Notes under the pieces: generated by a model
What the model was told of the DNA's origin: nothing
Databases searched by the model: none
Seen by the model: only the letters and a program-made list of their open reading frames with translations
NCBI GenBank assembly: GCA_964638975.1
Contig: CAZXAJ010000005.1
Location: 18,213 to 82,212 of the forward strand
Source of the DNA: an uncultured Dehalococcoidales bacterium
GTDB lineage: Bacteria > Chloroflexota > Dehalococcoidia > GIF9 > AB-539-J10
Direction of reading: 5' to 3'
DNA: 64,000 bases
Made by a program: the position numbers and the translations under genes
In this document: positions 45,204 to 53,688 of the stretch, piece by piece
How positions within the stretch are numbered: position 1 is the stretch's first letter
How the letters are laid out: every line of letters starts with the position of its first letter

Positions 45204-45680
45204 ATGGCTATTCCTGAAAAAGTTGCAGAGCTGATTGGCAGGCCGCTAGGAGAGCCGCTAGTTTGGGAGGTTGAAGGGGGGGCGATAAGAAGATTTGCTG
45301 ATGCCGTAGGTGACTCTAATCTCTTGTACCATGATGTAGAATACGCCAGAAACAGCAAGTACGGCGAGATTATCGCTCCTTTAGGTTTTCATGGTTGGCC
45401 AATGAAGGGTGGCCTTATGGAGATGATGGGTTCGCTAATGGGCCCTATGATGAATGCTGGCTACCCTGTATTACTCGATGCTGGCATAGAGTTCGAATCA
45501 TTTGTCCCTATCAGAGCTGGTGATGTTCTAAGTTCCTATTCAACGGTGACAAATATTGCAGAGAAAACTACAAAGAGCGGCAAGGGGATGCTCATACTCA
45601 CGACAGAGATGAACTTCATAAATCAAAATGGAGACAAGGCATTGATAGAGCGTTCCTCTCTTATCTGCCGAGAGTTGTAG
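45204..45680 (+). CDS. MaoC_N-type hot-dog protein (non-catalytic partner of a heteromeric (R)-hydratase, HadA/ChsH1-like)
   Basis: ~158 aa. ...GAIRRFADAVGDSNLLYHDVEYARNSKYGEIIAPLGF... ATG at 45204 behind GGAGGTG. Confidence 0.75.
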   Translation: MAIPEKVAELIGRPLGEPLVWEVEGGAIRRFADAVGDSNLLYHDVEYARNSKYGEIIAPLGFHGWPMKGGLMEMMGSLMGPMMNAGYPVLLDAGIEFESFVPIRAGDVLSSYSTVTNIAEKTTKSGKGMLILTTEMNFINQNGDKALIERSSLICREL

Positions 45681-45694
45681 GATAGGAGGTAGAG

Positions 45695-46165
45695 ATGGCA
45701 AAACAAATTTATTGGGAGGATGTGGATGTTGGTACTGAAGTGACTCCTATTTCCAAGATAGCTACTACACAGATGTTGGCCATGTGGGCGGGAGCCTCAG
45801 GTGACTTTAACCCCTTACACTACCAGGAGTCTTTCGCTCAGTCGCGGGGAATGCCATCTGTTCTGGTTCATGGCCGCCTTAAGGGGCAATGGCTAGTACA
45901 CTTAGTAGAGAACTGGATCGGGGAAGAAGGAAAGATTAAGAAGCTCTCTTGTCAGTACAGGGCTGAAGACTATCCTAGAAAAATGAATTCGGAGCTAACT
46001 TATGAGGAGGGTGAGACCTGGTGGTGTAAGGGCATAGTTACGCAGAAATACGCCCAGGATGGTGAACACATGGTGGACTGTGACATCTGGGTGGAGAATG
46101 GGAAAGGGGAGAAGACGACACCTGGCAAGGCTACTGTAGTCTTGCCTTTGAAGGGAGCAAAATAA
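45695..46165 (+). CDS. MaoC-domain (R)-specific enoyl-CoA hydratase subunit
   Basis: 156 aa with the hydratase motif GDFNPLHYQESFAQSRGMPSVLVHG. Confidence 0.85.
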   Translation: MAKQIYWEDVDVGTEVTPISKIATTQMLAMWAGASGDFNPLHYQESFAQSRGMPSVLVHGRLKGQWLVHLVENWIGEEGKIKKLSCQYRAEDYPRKMNSELTYEEGETWWCKGIVTQKYAQDGEHMVDCDIWVENGKGEKTTPGKATVVLPLKGAK

Positions 46166-46182
46166 GAGGAAAGGAGCTGAAA

Positions 46183-47121
46183 ATGGCAAAGTTATTAGAT
46201 GGCAAAGTAGCAATCGTTACTGGGGCAGGCAGAGGTATCGGAAGGGAGCACGCCTTGGCAATGGCGAAAGAGGGGGCTAAGGTAGTGGTAAATGATTATG
46301 GGGGAGGTTATGATGGGGCAGGTAAGGCTACCGGCCCAGCCCAGGAAGTGGTTGAGGAGATAGCGGCTTTCGGCGGAGAGGCAGTCCCTAATTTCGCTGA
46401 TGTTTCCAGCTTTGCTGCAACAAAGGAGCTTATTGATCTCGCTATAGATAAGTTCGGCAAACTGAATATTCTGGTAAATAATGCTGGTATCGTCAGAGAC
46501 AGGATGATATTCAACATGGGTGAGGATGATTGGGATAGAGTAATCGCTATTCACCTTAAAGGCCACTTCAATTGCACACAGCATGCTTGTGCTTACTGGA
46601 GGGAACAGCATAAGGCGGGAAATATCCTGAATGGGTCAATTATAAATACCAGTTCAGATGCCGGGCTTCTGGGAAATATCGGACAAGTGAACTATGGTTC
46701 GGCTAAAGCAGGAATTGCCCTTATGACAGTTGTTGTGGCTATAGAAATGGCAAAGTACGGGGTGCGTTGTAATTGTATAGCCCCATCAGCAAGGACGAGA
46801 ATGACCACAGAGGCTACCCCTTCCTTGGGAGCTATAATGGGAGGTGAAGTAGCTCCAGGTGAATTCGACATGTTCGCACCAGAAAACATGTCTCCGCTAA
46901 TAGTCTATCTGGCTTCCGATGATGCCAAGGACATTACTGGCGAGGTAGTAAGGGTTATGGGAAATAGGATTTGGCTTGTCCGTGGCTGGCATACCGCAGG
47001 CACTGTTGCTAAGCAAGAGAAGGCGAAATGGGAACCTATGGAGCTTGGCCAAGCGCTCAAGAACCTGGTAAAAGAGGCTCCGCCTAAGGAAGACATGATG
47101 TCAATTTCTAAAGACTTATGA
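46183..47121 (+). CDS. SDR of the MFE-2 / (3R)-hydroxyacyl-CoA dehydrogenase type
   Basis: 312 aa. VAIVTGAGRGIGREHALAMAKEGAKVVVNDYGGGYDGAGK...NNAGI...YGSAKAG resembles the dehydrogenase domain of multifunctional enzyme 2. Confidence 0.8.
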   Translation: MAKLLDGKVAIVTGAGRGIGREHALAMAKEGAKVVVNDYGGGYDGAGKATGPAQEVVEEIAAFGGEAVPNFADVSSFAATKELIDLAIDKFGKLNILVNNAGIVRDRMIFNMGEDDWDRVIAIHLKGHFNCTQHACAYWREQHKAGNILNGSIINTSSDAGLLGNIGQVNYGSAKAGIALMTVVVAIEMAKYGVRCNCIAPSARTRMTTEATPSLGAIMGGEVAPGEFDMFAPENMSPLIVYLASDDAKDITGEVVRVMGNRIWLVRGWHTAGTVAKQEKAKWEPMELGQALKNLVKEAPPKEDMMSISKDL

Positions 47122-47282
47122 ACCCTGTAGTCGTGTGCTTTAAGCTGGGGGAGGTTCATATTTCTATTGAGCTTCCCCAGCGTGCTTTTGTGGAAGGCGA
47201 TAAAATTGTTTACGCATGGAATTGGGGACTGAAGTCTTAGGTAGTTTTTCGGTGACTTATTTTTTGTAATGAGGACAGCCAT

Positions 47283-48887
47283 ATGGAGGATAAAGAGCAA
47301 TTTGCCTCGGGATCAGGAATTCCTATAAAGGGAATATATGGTCCTGATGATGTGAAAGATATTAACTATGATAGAGATATCGGGCTTGCGGGGGAGCCTC
47401 CGTTCACTCGGGGAGTTTACTCCACCATGTATCGAGGCAGGTTGTGGACTATAAGACGGTATTCTGGAGTTAATACCCCGGAGGAGACTAACAAGCTTTA
47501 TCGGCGCGAATACGAATTGGGCCAGACAGGTTTTTCTGTGGCTACTGATGTTCCTACAGGATATGGGGTGGACTGTGACGATTCCGCAGCTTTCGCTGAT
47601 GTTGGCGATGCTGGAGTTCCCATAAGTTCTCTTAAGGATATGGAAACAACGTTTGAAGGTTTGCCCATAGATAAGATAGCGACAGCGCTCGAGGTCTCCA
47701 CTGAAAGTGGCTGTCCCCTCACAGCTATGTATATGGCTATAGCTGAAAATAGGGGCTTCGATATGGAGCAGCTCAGAGGCACTACTTTGAACGATTTCAC
47801 TGCCTCATCATCATGTGCTTATCATAAAGACCAAATGCCACCTCAAGCATTGTTAAGATTGAGTGTGGATCTTATCGAATGGTGCTGTGAGTGTGCTCCC
47901 AAGTGGCACCCGATGTGTCTCGATTCCTATCCTTATCGAGAGCAAGGAATCGACGCAGTGCAGGAGCTAGGTTTGATTCTAGCGACGGCCATTCAGTATA
48001 TCGAGGAAGAGAAACGACGGGGCAGGGTGCCTCTAGATAAGTTTGTACGGCGCTTCTCCTTTAACATGGGCGTCCATAATGACTTCTTTGAGGAAATTGC
48101 CAAACTGCGGGCGGGACGGCGTATGTGGTATAGGATTGCCAGAGAGAGATATGGCATCGAGAATCCAAGTTGCTGGCAGTTTCGTCTTCATGTTCAATCT
48201 TCGGGTTGCACTCATACTACTCAGGAACCTCTAAATAACCTTGTTCGCATTGCCTACCAGATGCTTGCCGCCGCTCTGGGCGGAGCTCAATCTATGCATG
48301 CCAATGGATATGATGAAGGGGTTTGTTTACCCACGGAACAATCGATGCTGCTCTCTATCAGGACGGGGCAGGTACTGCAGTATGAGACCAATGTAATAAA
48401 CACAGTAGACCCCCTAGGCGGGTCCTGGTATGTTGAAAGGCTTACCAGTGAAATCGAACGGCGCACCTGGGATTATATCCAGAAGATTGAAGAAATGGGG
48501 GGGATGATTCAAGCCCTTACCACGGGATGGGTTCACAGGGAATATAGAGATGCCATGCTCGAGCATGAGCGCAGGGTAACCTCTGGTGAGACCGTAGTGG
48601 TTGGGGTGAACAAGTTTCGTCTTGGAAAGGAGCCTTATGAGGTGCCTATATTCAGGCCGAATCCTAAATCACCTGAGATTCAAATTGAGAAGCTTAAGAA
48701 GTTCAAGAAGGAGCGGGACAATGACAAGGTTGCTCAGGCGCTGCGAAATCTAGAGGAAGTTAGCAGCAGTGAAGAGAATGTTATGCCTGCGGTTATGGAA
48801 GCAGTCAAGGCTTATGCTACTATAGGGGAGATAAGCAATGTCTGGCGTACAGTCTACGGGGTATGGTCTCCTCCAATGATACTTTAA
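47283..48887 (+). CDS. B12-dependent acyl-CoA mutase large subunit, copy 3 (distinct lineage from copies 1/2)
   Basis: 534 aa. PPFTRGVYSTMYRGRLWTIRRYSG, FFEEIAKLRAGRRMWYRI, TTQEPLNNLVR, DPLGGSWYVERLT. Confidence 0.9.
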   Translation: MEDKEQFASGSGIPIKGIYGPDDVKDINYDRDIGLAGEPPFTRGVYSTMYRGRLWTIRRYSGVNTPEETNKLYRREYELGQTGFSVATDVPTGYGVDCDDSAAFADVGDAGVPISSLKDMETTFEGLPIDKIATALEVSTESGCPLTAMYMAIAENRGFDMEQLRGTTLNDFTASSSCAYHKDQMPPQALLRLSVDLIEWCCECAPKWHPMCLDSYPYREQGIDAVQELGLILATAIQYIEEEKRRGRVPLDKFVRRFSFNMGVHNDFFEEIAKLRAGRRMWYRIARERYGIENPSCWQFRLHVQSSGCTHTTQEPLNNLVRIAYQMLAAALGGAQSMHANGYDEGVCLPTEQSMLLSIRTGQVLQYETNVINTVDPLGGSWYVERLTSEIERRTWDYIQKIEEMGGMIQALTTGWVHREYRDAMLEHERRVTSGETVVVGVNKFRLGKEPYEVPIFRPNPKSPEIQIEKLKKFKKERDNDKVAQALRNLEEVSSSEENVMPAVMEAVKAYATIGEISNVWRTVYGVWSPPMIL

Positions 48888-48901
48888 GAGGTGAAAGCGT
48901 T

Positions 48902-49303
48902 ATGGGTGAGAAGAAAGTCAAGGTTCTAATGGCTAAGCCGGGGTTAGAGGGTCATTGGCGTGGGATGGTTGTAGTAAGTAGTGCTCTGCGTGATGCCGGG
49001 TTCGAGGTTATCTATGGGGGAAATATGATGCCCACGGAAATCGCGACCACGGTTGTTCAGGAGGATGTGGATGTTGTGGGGTTGAGTATTTTGTCCGCAA
49101 ATTATATGCTGCTGGTTTCCCAGACCATCAAGGAGCTAAAAAATCATGGAAAAGGTGATGTATTGGTGTTGTTGGGTGGAATTATCTATGAGGAGGATTT
49201 CCCTGCTCTTAAGGAAATGGGCGTGGCTGAAATTTTTATTCCCGGAACACCTCTACCAGATATAGTAGAATCCGTCCGCAAGCTAACTTCTGCCATGGTA
49301 TGA
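48902..49303 (+). CDS. Acyl-CoA mutase small subunit (B12-binding), copy 3, with E-x-H-x-x-G
   Basis: 133 aa from the ATG at 48902 (GAGGTGA Shine-Dalgarno). KVLMAKPGLEGHWRGMVVV...VVGLSILS...VLLGGII. Confidence 0.85.
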   Translation: MGEKKVKVLMAKPGLEGHWRGMVVVSSALRDAGFEVIYGGNMMPTEIATTVVQEDVDVVGLSILSANYMLLVSQTIKELKNHGKGDVLVLLGGIIYEEDFPALKEMGVAEIFIPGTPLPDIVESVRKLTSAMV

Positions 49304-49396
49304 CCAATATGCCGAAAAAGTAAGAATCTGGACAGTGAAGCAAAGGCCAGGGTGAAATTAAGCGGTCTGAATGAAGTTGTAAAAAGGGGAAATAGA

Positions 49397-50602
49397 ATGG
49401 CAAAAGTGGAAAGACTTTTGATTGTCTTGGCAATAGGATTGACAGCCCTGCTTTTGGTTACCGCTTGTGCCCCTTCACCATCATCGGGTGAGGGAAAAGT
49501 GCTGGAGCTTGGGTTGATGGCCGGTCTTACGGGGCCTGCCTCTGCGGCTTCCCAATATGCACTGAAGGGGGTGGAGGAGTACATCTGGTACTATAACGAG
49601 AAGGAGGGCATTCCGGGGGTGACGGTCAAGCTTGTCTGGGCAGATACAGGACACTTTTTGGCTGAGGGGCTGAGCACCTAGCACAAGTGGATCGAGCGTG
49701 GCATACCGCTCTGGATCTGTGTACTGTTGGATGAGACAGTGGTGATTGAGCCATTGGCGGAACGCGACAAGACCCCCTTTCTTACGTTTGCCATATCGGA
49801 AAAGGCGATGTATCCTCCCGGTTGGGTTTATAGCATATATTCTACTGATGCGGAGAGATTTGCTGTTTGGTGCGACTGGATCATGGCAAACTGGAAGGAG
49901 GACAGGCCTCCCAGGGTAGTCATGATTGGACCAGATGTGGCATATGGAAGAAGCGCGGAAGCGCAGGGCACAAAGTATGCTGAGGACATAGGCGTAGAGA
50001 TGCTGCCCATGGAAATTGTTCCTTTCGTTCCCTTAGATACCACCACTCAGCTGCTGAGAATCAATGAGCGAGGGGCGGATTTTGTCTATATCACCTCCGT
50101 GTGGACAACTGCGATTCCGATCCTTAAGGATGCCGAGAGGCTGGGGCTGCTAGGCGAGATGCAGTTCGGTGGCTATGAGAATACCCAGTCCATAGCGATA
50201 CTGGCACTGGGGTCTTCCGTTGAAGAGTATACTGCTCCAAGGGTGAGTTACTTCTCTCTGGACGAGACAAATCCGGGCGTGAAGCTTATACGAGACCTGC
50301 AGATGAAGTATCGCGGAAGGCTAGATATGGCGGGCGATGAGTGCAATCAACTACGGATGTCTTCTGTAGCATGTGAGGCCTTGAGGAGGGCTGTGGAAGA
50401 GGTGGGCTTTGAAAACGTTGACGGTATTGCTGTGAAAAGGGCGCTGGACAACATCAAAGATTTTGACCCCTACGGAATAGGGCCCGTTACCTACACCCAG
50501 GAGGACCACAGGGGCTCTAGTCGGGTAATGGTCGCCCAGGTCCAGAATGGACAGGTGGTTTATCTGACCGACTGGCGAGATGCTCCCATGCTTGTGCCTT
50601 AG
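49397..50602 (+). pseudogene. LivJ-type (type I periplasmic binding protein) ABC substrate-binding lipoprotein interrupted by a single in-frame TAG (49679-49681)
   Basis: Track ORFs 49352-49681 and 49727-50602 are in the same frame, and the sequence reads through as ...GHFLAEGLST*HKWIERGIPL... Lipoprotein signal MAKVERLLIVLAIGLTALLLVTAC. No permease or ATPase genes are nearby. Confidence 0.7.
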
Positions 50603-50616
50603 GTTTACCTTGATAG

Positions 50617-51192
50617 GGCCAAAGCCCGTGTATTGGCATTCAAGAAATTATAGTAGGAAAGAGTGAAAACCAAGATGGTCTTAGATGGTGGAATGAGGAG
50701 TGGGGTATTCCTGGATTTACTCCCGAACACATATGGCGGGACAATGTACGTGACACAGCCAATATTCTCAGCACCTGCCAAAACTTTGTGGGGTGGGGCG
50801 TACCAGCTTTCATAAACTATTCCCCGCCCGGTGCCATTAAGGCGAAAATTGGTAAGGACCAGATACTCCTGCTCTGCGAAGCCATAACAGGGGAAGCAAT
50901 GTATCTCCTGCCTTGGGTTTATACCGCCTATCCCACTGGGGCAGAGAGATTCGCAGTTATGGCTGGCCGGATTATGGAAAACTGGCAGGAGGATAGACCT
51001 TCCAAAATAGCCTTTATTGGACCATATGTGGAGTACTTTCAGGGGCCACTGGGGGAAAGTAAGAAGTATGCTGAAAGCATAGGTATGGAGTGGCTGCCCC
51101 CAGAATTTGTTCTTTATGTTCCCTTTCAAGGTCTGATTTTAGTTCCTGTTTCCGATTGGCAGGAAGCTCCTGTACTATGGCCCGGTGAGTGA
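50617..51192 (+). pseudogene. Truncated, internally deleted paralog of the preceding binding protein
   Basis: The open frame ...WWNEEWGIPGF...AITGEAMYLLPWVYTAYPTGAERFAVMAGRIMENWQEDRPSKIAFIGP...LPPEFVLYVPF|QGLILVPVSDWQEAPVLWP* parallels the neighbour. It lacks the signal peptide and about 170 central residues. Confidence 0.55.
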
Positions 51193-51393
51193 TAGGGCAG
51201 CGTGGCATATACCATTAGGCTTGGTCTTTGGGCGGTCCAGGTAGGTTAGGTGTTCGCCCTCCCTATCTATTTCTCCTGGAACCAAATAGTACGGCTTTGA
51301 GTTTTTTGGCCTCGTCGCCTATCGGCGAATTCTAGCATCTCTTCTCAATGAAGGCTTTGCTCTGGATTCGTCCAGAAATCCCCGTGGACTTTG

Positions 51394-52377
51394 CTAATCT
51401 TCCAAAATACCGAGAGAAGCAAGGCGTTTCCCGATAGCCTTAGCTTCAGTCACAATGCCTTCAATGAACTCTTTCACAGTAGGAATATCATCTATCAGCC
51501 CTACGACCTGCCCACAATGAGCTATGCCAGCGTCGAGGTCACCCTCCGTAAGCAACTTCCTACTTCCTTCGCCGCCTATCAAGGGCAGCAGTTCCTCCAA
51601 GGATGTTCCTCTGGCTTCCATTTCCAACACTTCCTCTGCTACTTTGTTCTTCAGGGCTCTGTGAGTCAGGCGTATGGACCGCTCCGTGACTACAGTATCG
51701 TTCTCCCTGGCTCGAAGCAGCCAGTCCTTAAACTTGGGATGGGCGGGGCATTCCTTGGTGGCCATAAAGCGTGTACCTATGACCACACCTTCAGCTCCCA
51801 ATGCTAGTGCAGCGACGAAGCCCCGGGCATCGCCAATCCCCCCTCCGGCAACAACCGGAACCTTCAGGGCATTAACTGCTGCGGGTACGATGACCATGGT
51901 GGTAACTTCATCCATACCCGCCGCTCCCCCTTGCTCAAAACCAATTATACCCACTAGGTCTACGCCTGCTCGCTCCGCGCTAAGCGCGTGTCTTACTGTA
52001 GTTACCTTATGCATGACCTTTACATTGCCTTCTTTGAGGCGCGGAACGTATTCCGCTGGATTGCGGATACCTGAGGTCTCAACAGCTTTGATTCCCTCCT
52101 CAATCACAACCTCGATGAATTCATCATTAGGCCAAGGGGCTCCCTCTCTCATAAAAAGATTGATGTTTACCCCTAGCGGTTTGTCTGTTAGACCTTTCGC
52201 TTTCCGAATCTCCTCCCGCAGCCCCGATGCAGTTGTGAAGTTCGCAGAAGTGATGATGCCTAATCCACCAGCATTGGAAACAGCCGCGGCAAATTCCGCC
52301 GTCGACAACCCCATCATTCCCCCAGCAATTATGGGGTGCTTGATATCCAGCATTTTGGTAACCCTTGTCTTGAACAT
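51394..52377 (-). CDS. Nitronate monooxygenase / FabK-like FMN enoyl reductase family protein
   Basis: 327-aa TIM-barrel FMN protein. HPIIAGGMMGLS..., VVAGGGIGDARG. Confidence 0.85.
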   Translation of the reverse strand: MFKTRVTKMLDIKHPIIAGGMMGLSTAEFAAAVSNAGGLGIITSANFTTASGLREEIRKAKGLTDKPLGVNINLFMREGAPWPNDEFIEVVIEEGIKAVETSGIRNPAEYVPRLKEGNVKVMHKVTTVRHALSAERAGVDLVGIIGFEQGGAAGMDEVTTMVIVPAAVNALKVPVVAGGGIGDARGFVAALALGAEGVVIGTRFMATKECPAHPKFKDWLLRARENDTVVTERSIRLTHRALKNKVAEEVLEMEARGTSLEELLPLIGGEGSRKLLTEGDLDAGIAHCGQVVGLIDDIPTVKEFIEGIVTEAKAIGKRLASLGILED

Positions 52378-52516
52378 GGTTTGACCTCCTTCTGCTACAC
52401 CGTATTCAATAAAGATACGCTAAACTAATAAAGGTTAAGCACTGGCGCTAATGCTGTCCTTCATTCGGGTAGGGTTGATATCTGGTCAGATAGCTCGGGT
52501 CATATATTGGAATATA

Positions 52517-53653
52517 TTAAAGAAGGCCTATCTCACTAGCCACCAAGTCCCTATGGAAATCGGTGCCACCAAAAGCCACGGCAGCAGCTTTAGCCCTCCT
52601 ATAATAAAGCCCGGGTTTGAATTCTCTATTGGTGCCATTGCCACCATATAACCTTATCATCAGCCTGCTGAACTCACCATAAGCCTGGTTGACATAAGCC
52701 TTGGCCATGGCAACCTCTTTAGCGCAGGGAAGGCCTTCCGATTTCATCCACACTGCCTCATAAACCAAATATCTGCCCGCGGTCATCGTAATGAACATAT
52801 CGGCCAGTATATGCTGAAGAGCCTGAAATTGGGCCAGGGGCTGGTCATATTGAACCCTTTGCTTCAGATATTCCACGGTCAAGGGAATAATCGCCTCCAT
52901 GGCACCTAGGGATTCACTGGCTTTGGCAATAGCTGCTCGTTCCAGAATCTTCTTTGCAATAGGCCATCCTTTATCCAGTTCTCCTAGCATATTCTTCTGA
53001 GGCACGGCAACATCTTTGAGATTCACCTGACAAAGCTTTTCCATTCCAATGGTGGGCATCACCTCCACGCTAATTCCGGGGATCTTGGTATCCACGATAA
53101 ACAATGTTATCCCGTCCTCAGGCGAAGCCCCTTCCCTTGTTCTGGTAACGCAGATTAAATAGTCGGCATTATTGGCTTGTTCCACGAAGAGCTTCGTGCC
53201 ATTGATTGTAAAGCTACCATTCTTTTGTATTGCTTTGGTCTTTACATCGGAAGCTTCATATATGCCTTCCGCCTCAAGAAGAGCCAAAGTGCAAATCAGG
53301 TCTCCATTAGCTATCTTAGGCAGGAATTCCTTCTTCTGCTCCTCTGTTCCGGCATCTAGAATAGGATAGGCGCCTCCAAGCATAGCACAAAGGAAAGGCC
53401 CAGGCGTTACATTCTTTCCCATCTCCTCTAGGATGATGCTTAAATCCTGAAACGTCATCCCCATCCCCCCATATTCTTCAGGAATGGCTAAGCCCATCCA
53501 GCCCAAATCAGCCATTCCCTTCCAAAGCTCAGGGGCAAGACCCGACTCGCTATCTTCTATCTCCCTTACCTTGCTCTCGGGGACTTCTTTGGCCAGAAAA
53601 TCTGCTGCTGCCTTCCTCAAAATCTCCTGCTCTTCGGTAAAAGTAGTATCCAT
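52517..53653 (-). CDS. Acyl-CoA dehydrogenase
   Basis: 378 aa. MDTTFTEEQEILRKAAADFLAKE..., ...YGGNG... C-terminal block. Confidence 0.9.
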   Translation of the reverse strand: MDTTFTEEQEILRKAAADFLAKEVPESKVREIEDSESGLAPELWKGMADLGWMGLAIPEEYGGMGMTFQDLSIILEEMGKNVTPGPFLCAMLGGAYPILDAGTEEQKKEFLPKIANGDLICTLALLEAEGIYEASDVKTKAIQKNGSFTINGTKLFVEQANNADYLICVTRTREGASPEDGITLFIVDTKIPGISVEVMPTIGMEKLCQVNLKDVAVPQKNMLGELDKGWPIAKKILERAAIAKASESLGAMEAIIPLTVEYLKQRVQYDQPLAQFQALQHILADMFITMTAGRYLVYEAVWMKSEGLPCAKEVAMAKAYVNQAYGEFSRLMIRLYGGNGTNREFKPGLYYRRAKAAAVAFGGTDFHRDLVASEIGLL

Positions 53654-53688
53654 AATATTCCTCCTTATAGATTACTCATTCCTTTATA

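Noticed and set aside
49679-49681. In-frame TAG as a pyrrolysine or programmed read-through codon
   Set aside because: There are no pyl genes or PYLIS-like context in the window, and the protein family has no known Pyl members. The neighbouring paralog is also decayed, so a nonsense mutation or sequencing error is more parsimonious.
50605-51129. 174-aa minus-strand ORF
   Set aside because: It is antisense to the frame that shows clear similarity to the neighbouring binding protein.
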